A stretch of 34,395 bases of DNA from Macrostomum lignano. Lineage: Eukaryota. Position numbers and translations under genes: made by a program. The stretch spans positions 1 to 34,395 of the forward strand of contig NIVC01004816.1 of assembly GCA_002269645.1 (NCBI GenBank), in the 5' to 3' direction. This document shows positions 1-9,900 of this stretch, in pieces. The notes under the pieces were generated by a model. The model was not told the DNA's origin. It was given only the letters and a program-made list of their open reading frames with translations, and made no database searches. Numbering within the stretch: the first letter of the stretch is position 1; every line of letters starts with the position of its first letter.

Positions 1-329
1 CTTGACTAATTTACTAGAAGATTTATGCATAATAATCAATTTGCACATATTGTGACTAGTTTTTTAATGCATTGAAAGTTATTTAAATCACTTAAATATT
101 CTATTTTTGTCAATATAGCGAATTAAACAAGAGTATAAAAATTTATGGTCATGCATATCTTGGTTTAAAATGTAAAACTAACTAGTCTTACTTTGCACTG
201 CACTGCATATAGATGCAATGAATCTTAATCTTATAAAAGCTACTAGAATAGTAATCAATAATCTGATCCATTGATAAGCTCTAAGACTAGAAAGTACCCA
301 GAAGCCTTGAATAAGCCATATAATAGAAT

Positions 330-1802
330 GCTACCATATTGATATGTTAGAAAATGTTACTAGAATGAAATATTAGCTAAGATTAAATTTTAAAATAGTT
401 CCTCCAAGGGCCTAATTCAATAAACTGCTATTATAGATCTATTATTATTTACATACTAACAAACTTGACAGTATTTTGCTTTGTTATATATACTGCTATT
501 TCAAAGTTACTGCAAACAATTATGAATTAAATACAAAGTTAAGAACTTTAAATAAACTTATTAGAGCTAGGTTACCAAAGAAGAGCTTAAAAAATCTAGG
601 ACAAAGATTCTAGTTTGGAAAATTTCTGTTATTGTTTCAGTCTTTATTATTTTAAGTTTATTTATATTATTATTAATGACTATCCTTGTCATTATCCTTG
701 GAATGCAGCAAAGTCGTCGTCGCGTCGGTCGATGTTTGAAGTCTCGGAAATAAAGTTCAGTTCGAACGAGTCGACATTGTCTAATTTGTCGATAGGCAGA
801 TTGCGCCAATTGATTGGAAAATGAATGCCTTCTGACTTTATGAAATTGATTCTACTCGCCCAATGAACAGCGACTTTTTAAAACTCCGTCGTCTTGACCA
901 TAGACATATCATTCCGTATGATTTCGTGTGTTCTGCCGTTGTCTGGAACTGAACTAACTGATTTTTTCTAACCCTTGGCTTTTACCATAGACGTGGCAGA
1001 TATTTAGATGTGGGGGCTTTGCCCCACACCCCCATTTCTGCCCCCCACCCACTTTGATTTCTAACCCCTAGCTGACAATTTGGACAATGATGTCGTTTGG
1101 AATTGAGATTTCAGTTAATGGCCATAGACACGAGCGTGCGTAGCCACCCATTATACTATTCAAATTTAGATTCGACGGAAGGTTCGACACCCTCGAGAAC
1201 GACCGGACGAGATGGTAGTTCATCGCCGGAACCTCCTCCTTGTGCCCACTTCAGACTATCCAATTGCAGATCTCGAAGGACCAGCGGACCCGAAGAATCA
1301 ACGCCGAGTTTGACAGGTTGACGCTGGAGCTGCGACACTCCCCGCCATCTCTGAGGACTCTGACGAAGAAGACGACCTGGACATTAGACCCGCCTATCGC
1401 TGGCGACTCCGATCAGCTGCTCAGCCAGGCGCACGTCCAACTGAAGTCCGCATCCATGAACCTGAAGTTATGGAGAATAGAGTTGAGCTTGAGTCACTGC
1501 CGTATGATTCTTGCGACGCTCCATCCGCTCCTACAGTCGAACCGTTTAGGCGACCTGAAAATAGATATAGCGATAGGATTAACTTAGACTCTGATAGGAA
1601 TAATCAATGTCATAGCCATGTTTTGTCGGCCAATTTGCCATCCACTAGTCAAATTGAATGGGCCGTCAATGACAGGCCAGTTAGGGCTCGAAAGGAACCT
1701 GACCGCTTGGTTCTTAAACCAAAGTCAAAGTCCTACTTGAGCCGGTTAATTAACCTCTTTCGCCGGCCTCGTGCCAGTTCCAGCGCTGAAAAGCAAAACT
1801 AA
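330..1802 (+). mobile_element. Decayed Ty3/Gypsy LTR-retrotransposon pol 3' end (integrase and C-terminal tail)
   Basis: Frame 1212-1802 reads MVVHRRNLLLVP, an acidic ISEDSDEEDDLD stretch and RPVRARKEPDRL, with one TGA at 1311. This resembles the HRNLL / acidic / RxxRxRxxPxRL tail of Gypsy pol. Upstream, degenerate integrase-like motifs occur in the expected order and roughly expected spacing across shifting frames: YVRKC (343), AIID (427), VI..AISK (483), LPKK....N.GQRF (572), PCHYPWN (~683). A PPT plus TG-starting LTR candidate lies downstream. Confidence 0.55.
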
Positions 1803-1804
1803 AA

Positions 1805-2951
1805 ATGACTGGCAAAGAAAATAAGAGGCGCCGAGATCGAGAACCGTCCCGGACGCCCCCGCCGGCCAGTGGGCGCAAACGGACGCGGCCCACTCTACCA
1901 GTCAACCGAACACGCATCATTCCGGTGCCCAGCCAAGACCCGGCTCGCCGTCGACGAAGCCGTTGGGACGAGCGTCCGCGACAAGAAGCAAACATCGAAG
2001 TGCGCAGGCTGGCGCCGCTGCAGCCGCCTCACCTCGGCAATCGCCTCGCGGTCGCCAGAGAGCGTGCCGCCGCCATCAGGCTCCGGCTTGATCCACCGCA
2101 GGCGATTTCTGCTGGCGCCCAACTGCCGGCTGCCGACAAAGCGCGAGAGACCGCAATCTCGCCAGAACGGCCTGTCTCTCTACCGGCGCAGCCACCAGCA
2201 GAGCCGCCGGCGTACCATTCACTAGTACAACAGCGCCCGAACGAAGCCGAGAATGTGCTCGATCTGATTGGCAGTGTATCGAGCTCTCTACAAGAGGAGC
2301 CAAGCGAAGAGCTGCTCCCGGCGCTTCAAGAACTCTTGGCTCCAAACGCACGGGCTTCGTCGGACGCAGCACCTCCAGCGCTGATGGATCCGCGGGGACG
2401 TTCTGGACACTCCGCCCCAGCCGCAATCGCCGCCGCTGGCGCAGTATTTGGGCGTGCTGACGCCGCCGCCACAACCAGACATCGTAAACCTAGACGACTA
2501 CCCAATGCTGCCCATGCCGCCAACACCACGCTTCCGCCGACCGTCCTCTGTCCCGTCGCCGCCCCGCTTGTTCAGTCGATCGGAATTAGCAGAGGCCATC
2601 AGTGCCACTATCTGGGCCCGGCCACCGCAGACGGATGCCACAACCCAAGTCGACCGCTCAAGTATCGTCAAGGAAGGGGCCATAGTCGCTCTCACGGAGT
2701 TGCTAGTAGCGGCCGGGCTCAAAGGACAGCTCTGCCGCAGATGGTCCGACCGCATCCGAGAAGAGTTTCGTGTGGCCGCACCTGAGGAAAGACGACGGGC
2801 CATTACTTAGATTGCCCATAAAGCCGCCGAAGCCCTCCTGCTGCATCCACTGCATGCCACAATGCTTGAATTGGCGATTCTAAAACTTCTATTTTTCCTG
2901 GAGCAAGCCGACGAGATGCTGGATGGTTTTGGCAATTTTTTGCATTTCTAA
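1805..2951 (+). CDS. Extra ORF of the retroelement, unknown function (~380 aa; basic Arg/Pro-rich N-terminus, probably helical C-terminus), interrupted
   Basis: ATG 2 nt after the pol stop. ORF 1805-2785 and ORF 2448-2810 join by removing one G from GGGG at 2394-2397 (LMDPR-DVLDTPPQ). Coding-like sequence continues in frame past TAG 2808-2810 (IAHKAAEALLLHP...NFLHF) to TAA 2949-2951. Confidence 0.5.
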
Positions 2952-3357
2952 CATCATCACTTTTAGTATAACAATAAGTGCAGTAACAACTTTAAAATTT
3001 ATGAACTTTTGCTTCAACTTGCAGTCAAAATCAAACTTTTCAATATATCTCCTAATTTCTCATTCATCAAAAGTTTTTAGCAATAATGAAAACTAATCTC
3101 ATTAAATCTCTTTCTCTTTATGCAAACCAATCAACTTAAATATGCTTTTTACTTAATCAAACATTTTACAATGTAAGCAATCATGCATATGTATAATTCA
3201 ACGCTGCCTTACTCTAGTACACCATCTTTTTGTAGGCACTTCGTTTTTGTAGTCAAATTTATTGCAATAAATACTCAATTTTCGGTGTGGCCTTATTAGA
3301 GCCAAATTGTTCTTTTCCAATAAATTGAATCATCGTTTCGCTGCTACAATTTAATTT

Positions 3358-3369
3358 GGATGGGGAGAG
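3358..3369 (+). other. Polypurine tract candidate
   Basis: GGATGGGGAGAG immediately followed by TGTAGTGAC, downstream of pol-like and extra ORFs and an AT-rich 3' region. Confidence 0.5.
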
Positions 3370-4207
3370 TGTAGTGACTGGCTGCTAACTGGCTATTTAG
3401 AAGCATTCACTAGCTGCTCCTAAGAGCGCTGTGATCCGCTGCACGGCAGCTTAGTCCACCTGATCTAGTGAGAGAGTTACCTTGTGCTGGGCCTAAGTGT
3501 TTACTGCCCAATGACTCATTGCCTAAGCAGGCGCAGCAGCCACACTCAATATCTTCCCCTCCTGCACTGAGGAATTGTAACAGGATGACTCATTATCAGC
3601 GCAGAGTGTAAAGGCTGCTTAGAGGGAGTAAACAGGATGACTCATCCACCCAAGTTCTATTTTTAGCACAGAAAAGCACGTGACTGAGCACGCACACTGT
3701 GTGGCCACTGACCTTGAGTCACGCCACTGCTGCGTGACAGGCTTGCCTTATTTGGAAGTTGGCGTTAGATCACACCTCGCTCGCATGATTCTGAGGACCA
3801 AAAAAAGAAGTTTCACACGCTCAGCACATGAAACTCACGTAACTTTTGGGGGTCTGCTTGGCTATAAATACGGAGCATCTGTGAGCCATTATTCTCCAGA
3901 TTGCATTCATTGCAAGCATCGTGGACCCTCGCTTTCACTGCGTTGTCTCGCAGAGCATTGTGGCTAACTCGTGAAGCCTCCTCCAAGCTCTCCTCTCTCA
4001 TTTCAGGTTTTTCAGGTTTTCAGGTTCGAGCAGCATTCTACTAAGTCAATTGACTGTCAAGACATTTTTCAGATTTGCCTTTGCTCCGAGCAATTTTGTT
4101 ATTTTATTTCAGGTGACAGATAGACAACTCTGCTAATGCATCAAGTTTGCACACCAAGGTGGTAGCAACCCTACCAAGTTAAGGCTAACATTTTAGGTTC
4201 AATTACA
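3370..4207 (+). mobile_element. Candidate 3' LTR (right boundary uncertain)
   Basis: Starts TGTAGTGAC right after the PPT. Best end is GTTCAATTACA at 4207 (TGTA...TACA, imperfect inverted termini). Contains TATAAA at 3863 and repeated AP-1-type sites. The 5' LTR and TSD lie outside the window, so it cannot be confirmed here. Confidence 0.5.
3512..3721. promoter_or_regulatory. Cluster of four TGA(C/G)TCA AP-1-type sites in the candidate LTR U3
   Basis: TGACTCA at 3512, 3586 and 3638; TGAGTCA at 3715. AACAGGATGACTCA occurs twice. Confidence 0.45.
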
Positions 4208-4529
4208 GGCAAATCGATAGGAAGTACAATGGTGCTATCTAGCTACTTCCGGAGCAGCGAGTTCTATTTCTAGGAATATCTTCAAGAACTTGGGAAGGAG
4301 TGTAACATGATAATGGTTGCTAAATAAGTTTTGAACAATTTAACTTTTTGAACTTATCAAGCTTGTGATGATGGTTATTAAACTTTTTACATGATTTTTT
4401 TGCCTGTACCCTTTTTGAGCTTATGATAGAGCCTTGTTTCAAATGGTGATTTTTATGCTTAAATGATGAAAGCCTATTTTTAATTGTCTATAAGTGATTA
4501 TAGGCATCTATAGATGATATTGCAAATTA

Positions 4530-4710
4530 TCAATGTTTAACTATAAATGTTCTAATGGATATAACTATAAATTTGCTAATGGATATGACTGCATATTATC
4601 AACTAATGGGTATAAGTAAAATGGTTAAAATGGTATAGCTATAAATTGTCAACTAATAAATATGGCTATAAATTGCCTAATGGGTTTTGTAAATTATAAA
4701 TTGTTTTGTT
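4530..4710. repeat. Degenerate ~27-bp tandem repeat (approx. TATGGCTATAAATTGTCAACTAATGGA)
   Basis: Recurring CTATAAATT and CTAATGG blocks. Variants TATGG/TATGA/TATAG/TATAA and TAATGG/TAATAA. Confidence 0.6.
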
Positions 4711-4859
4711 TTACAAAGTAGGTCTACTTGCTAGTCTATATTTTCTTTTATCTTTATACATATACTAAATCTTTAATAAATCTTTTTATATTTTACATTT
4801 AAATCTATGTAAGATGCTTCATAGAATTCATAAAAAATTCAAACATTAAATCTCTAAGA

Positions 4860-6920
4860 GCTGTCCTTTTAGTATTGTAGTCTTAGTCTATAGCCAAAAT
4901 GTTATAGTCTACAGCCTAGCTAGCTATTCCTATTTTGCTAACAAATGAGATGCAAATAAGTTTAATTCCAATGACATTAAAACCATTTCCATTTTATTGG
5001 ACCTTTAGTCAAAGGATATAATAAACAAAGTCATACTAACTTTTAAGTTTTTTCATTATACAAGGTCAAGATTTTATACGATTACAAAAATTTGTCAATA
5101 ATATGCAAGTTTTTTAGGCTTATAAATAGAATATATTTAGGGGCAATAGCTAGAGTTCTAGCACTAGAACCCATTTTCTAATAGCTATAAATCTAATAAT
5201 AATATTCTAAGGCAGTATAGTATATACTCGAACAATCTATTTCTTAGAAAATAGGGTATTTGAAATTCTGCCAAATAATGATAACTTTGTTTAAATGTTG
5301 TGTGTGCCAATAATATTCTACAAAATTAAAGCTTCTTGTTTTAAATATATAGACAAGTTAGTATAAATAGAAGCCCTAAAGCAGGCCAAGAAAGGCATCT
5401 TCTCAAATTGTCATTTGACTTTAAGCAAATTTAATAAGCAGTTATTCAAATTGACTTACTCATTTCTAAGAGTATAAAGCCCCAAATTGGGACTATTACT
5501 AGAAGACCACTAAGAAGCGAGAATCTCCTTAGGGCAATAACCTCGGAAAGGGTGTAAAATGCCTTAGGGCAAGAAAAAAAACCACATCAGGGTAAGAAAG
5601 ATCAACTTAAGGCAAGGAAAGTGCATAAAGCCATGACCCTCTGATCCAGGGAATGCCCAGGACTGAGAGAAAACTTATAGGAGTAAATAAAGTAGACAAT
5701 GTCATTAAACCACTTAGGCTAAAGAGTACAGTATATATATATAGATGCTACCAAAAAGATAAGTAGATGCTACTAGTAAAAATAGATAGAAAAGCAGATA
5801 CACTACTAATAATAAGAATATAACTTTTCATGCAAAAGTACATTAATTAAATAGAAGGACAACTTTGGTGGCAGCTCATAAGAAATATGACTAGGCAAAG
5901 GCCAATAGTTAAGATTCTAGAAAGACAGAGCTAACAGGCCAAGCACAATTTCAATAGTGCAATTTATAGATATAAATATAGCAAAAACATTTTACTTTTT
6001 AATGGATAGTTGACCTGGATAGAATTCTTGCAGAAAAATCACAACGCATTATGCAATTGCGAGAAAAAAATGCGATTTTGCATCAAAAAATCCAGAAAAA
6101 ATGTGTCGCAGAATTTCAGACAAAATTGCTAATTCTTAATATATGCAAAAGTGCGCTTGAGATATTGGATTTTGCAAAAGATAACCCTACTAGCTAAGAT
6201 CACGAAGAAAAAAAGAATAAAAAGTAAAAACTAAATAAGGCACAAAAGTAAAAATTCGAAAAAATTCTATAAAAAGTAGAAACTCGTAACATTCTCTAAC
6301 ATATGTATTTGGACGAAAATTCAAATCACTACATTTTCTTAGAATTCATTTTTCATTATTGTCTGTTATTTTGTTATTTTGCGACGTGCTAAGTACCAAA
6401 ATAAAAAATGCAACCAATAAAAAATATTTTGTGCGCCATAAAAAAATTGCATAATTCCGTTTGACTTAAGAAATACAAGAATTCCATCCTGGGTAGTTGA
6501 TATGGAGATTTTGTTCAAGATATGATCAAAATTAAATGATGAGATTTAAATAAAATACTTCTAATATTCAAAGATTTCATTAGTAGATAATTGCCTATAG
6601 AAGTCTACTGGATCCATAGCCACTAGAAAATGGGTTCTGGTGCCAGAACTCTAGCCATTACCATATTTAGGATATAATGCAAAAATTCTATCCTAGGGCC
6701 CTAGGCTTCAAGTAAAGTGATGCAATTTATATTAAGGCTTATGCCTAAGCTAAGACCAGGCTATGACTTTTTGTCTTGTTAAGTTATTATATTATACTTA
6801 CAGTTCTTGTCTTAACTGTGGATATAATATATTTTACAAGGCCCTAGCTATAGTATAGGCAGTATAGCTATAGAGAAGACAATGAAAAGTTATGACTAAA
6901 GTAAAGTTAGGCCTAGATTA
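4860..6920. repeat. Degenerate long inverted repeat (fold-back-like element); clearest core 5144-5199 vs 6605-6660
   Basis: The core aligns without gaps at 45/56 nt in inverted orientation. Shorter anchors fall on roughly the same antidiagonal (GTCATA ~5029 vs TATGAC ~6762; TCTATAGC ~4887 vs GCTATAGA ~6867). Outer limits are approximate. Confidence 0.6.
6014..6492. mobile_element. MITE (non-autonomous DNA transposon) with 17-bp TIRs and an 8-bp TSD, hAT/P-like TSD length
   Basis: Left end CCTGGATAGAATTCTTG; right end reverse-complements to CCAGGATGGAATTCTTG (15/17). Flanks ATAGTTGA (6006-6013) and GTAGTTGA (6493-6500). Subterminal inverted ATTATGCAATT / AATTGCATAAT. No ORF. Confidence 0.75.
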
Positions 6921-9900
6921 TTAAAGCTGACACATGTTTACCACTGGTTTTGGGTGTGAATTTTACCATGTTGCTGAGTTATATGTAGGCCTAGCAAATA
7001 AATTAAGTTTATTTAGGAAGAACGATTAATAGTAAGCCTAGTCTGCATGCAACACAAAGACAAAGCCCTCCATTTTGACTTTGAATATTATAAGATAAAT
7101 TCATATAGGATAAGCTCTTTAACTATATTTTCCGATACTATAAATTTAAGATTACTTATAAATTTGGCCTAACACAAACTTGATTTCACAACCTTGCACT
7201 GTTTTACAAATTAGTGATATGAATATGATAGTACTCGGCCCTCGGGTAGTAGTTAAGGCATACTAAAGTAATTAAGGTTCTGCCTACATATTTCTCAATT
7301 CTCGGTATACCGACGGCACGCTCTTATAAATCTATAAAACCCTTTAAAAGGAAAAAGATAAGCCTATTTTTGATAGCGGAAGAGAACCAGAAACCAGTAC
7401 TAGTCATACTCATATGAACTGCTTACGGGCCGCAGCCGCGTCACGGGTTGGGTTTCGCTTTAAAAATGCAAAAGCCTGTATTTTTTATGCTAATGTGTGC
7501 TAGACTTGCTTTCATTTTTTATTGAAAAGGATTGCTTTTTCAACTTATGTCTATCTGAGGTCTGGAATAAGCTTTTGCGATTGTTTTATTAGCTTACGTT
7601 TTGATAGAATGTTTATATTTCCGGCTTTTATTTTCATCAAATTTGCTGCCGGAGTGTATATTGTAGGGAATGAAATTTAGTATGCCGCATGCGTATTTAG
7701 TTCAGCATATTATACGTATACGTGAATACATGTGTGGATTTGTGTGTGTAATCGTAATACTGAAAACGTAGTACCCCTTCAATCATCTTAATGAGCTGCT
7801 TAGTTTGTTCGGTTGCTTAGCTAGTAGAGGACCTGAGATCAAAATTCAAATATACTGTAATCGCGAGGCCTTAGTGACTAAGTCCCCCACTTAATTTGCA
7901 ACAAAAGTGACAAGATATTGGCTTTATTTAGATATATCTTACTGCTAACCGTACAAAATGCCATATACTTCAGTGCACTAGCTCTATCAAAAGGGTGGTC
8001 GACATGATCGCAGTGTATTTAAAACCATTTACAAAACATATACATGTAACATGCGGAAGAAGACCAGCTCATTTAGCTCAAAAGATTGAAAGGGTAATAT
8101 GTTTGTAAAATGCTGTTATTGCTAATCAGCCACCTGGTGTGTTTTATTCGGAGATAAAAGAATTAAACTACTCGATCTAAGCAAACACATGCCAGCACCT
8201 TGTCGACAATAGGTTGTGGTGATGCGGTGGTGCGCGAGTACGAGCGTACGAGTCGTACTGCAGTAAATTTGATTGGGTTTGTACCGAGACAAATCTTATT
8301 GGCATGCAGCAACAAACATTAAGTTTTTCATCGCGGCCACTATATACGTACATGTACATGCTGTTATACAGATAGTTCGAGTGATCCTCGAGTGGCTCAT
8401 CTTAGCTGTCTTCAGACTATACGATCAGATTCGATCAGCTGGTGTACACTGTGCATGCATGTTGATTCACTAAACAGAGAAGTATTATTGGGGTTGTTCT
8501 CTCTTGCCGATACCATGCAATTTGCATTCTGCTCAGCGTTGTACTGCCTCATCTCTTCTAGTGAGTCCGATTTCATTTCTCTCTCCCACCCTTTGATGCC
8601 GGATTCGGTCTGCTCGGGTCATCGATCTCGGACATTTGATTACTAACTGCTTGCTTTGGCTCTTCTTTTGGAGCCCTTCGTTTTGCCCTAGTTCTTCAAT
8701 CATCCACTATTCCACTGCTTACTGGTCTCGCTGCAGTTCCCCCTTCCTCCAGAGATCGTTCTGGCCCCCTTCCTCTGCCCCCCCCCCTGGAGCTGATTGG
8801 GGCTTGTCAGCTCTGCGCCTCGGCGCCGGGCTAATTGAAAAAATTATCGAGTAACTCGATTTTCACTCAACTGCACCGCCCCAGCTCAGCACGCGCACCC
8901 ATGCGGGATTCGCCCTCGCCCTACCCCCTCCCTCTCAACTCCCTCTCCAAATCCACCATCCGCACCCCTTTTCCTTCTGTAATAATCTTCTAGCCAGAAG
9001 CGCAGCGCCGTGGAAGAACTCGGCCCCCGTGGGATATTGCCAGACTCCGAGGGGAATTCCAGCGGACCCGGAACGCGTCACTCGTTCCTCTTTCTCTCAC
9101 ACTTTCTCTCTTTCTCTCTCATCTCGCAAGCAAGGCCCCCTTCCGTGCAAGACTTTCCACATCCCCTAAACTCTCCCTCATCTTCCTTCAGTTCCAGTCC
9201 ACCGTCTCTATCCCCCGTTCGGATCCTCTGCCCGCCTGTCCAGCTCGCCCTATTGATTGCCTTCAGCAGTTGTGCCTCCAGCGGCCGCCTCCCTAATGCC
9301 CCCCTTGCCCCTCTCAGTCTATTGCCAATCCTGGCCAGCTGGGGCAGCCGGTCCAGCCGCATCCCCATTGGTTGGCGAGGCACTTACGCCGATTTTCAAT
9401 TTGCTCTCCTCGGCTTCTAAACTTGTTCCAGCTCCTGCTTATAGGAATTGAACTCCTGTTTCGCCTGCCCCCTCCTTCCTCCGCTAGTTACTACTCTTCA
9501 CTTCCAGCCACATTTACTCGGGGGCCTTGCTCCAAATTTTCCCGACAACCCAACCAGCCCCTCAGGTCTATTTACAGCTCACCACAGACGCCCTCTTCAT
9601 CCCAGTCTCCTCAGACTTCGTCTGTCCCAGTGAGACCCGCGACTGCCGTCTCACACCTCTCACAGAAGCAGCCAGCAGAAAAAAATTGCTGCAAGGCTTA
9701 AGCGTCTATTAGAGGAGTCCAGTTTCTCGCCCCTCATTAGCGGCGACCTCTAGGCAGATTCTTCCACCCTTGCTGGGCCACAGTCTCCCGGATCCAGCCA
9801 GAGAGCATTGAAAACAGATCGCCTGGTAGACTCGCGCAGACGGTTGCTTGCAGAACATAAAGCCGCGACCAAGGCAGAACTCGCATTGTTTAATACTTGG

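Noticed and set aside
1805-2951. env gene interpretation of the extra ORF
   Set aside because: No N-terminal signal peptide, furin/fusion-peptide pattern or convincing transmembrane helix.
4292-4310. Second PPT+TG motif (GGGAAGGAG TGTAAC) as another LTR start
   Set aside because: No recognisable pol tail before it and no identifiable LTR end; downstream DNA is too degenerate.
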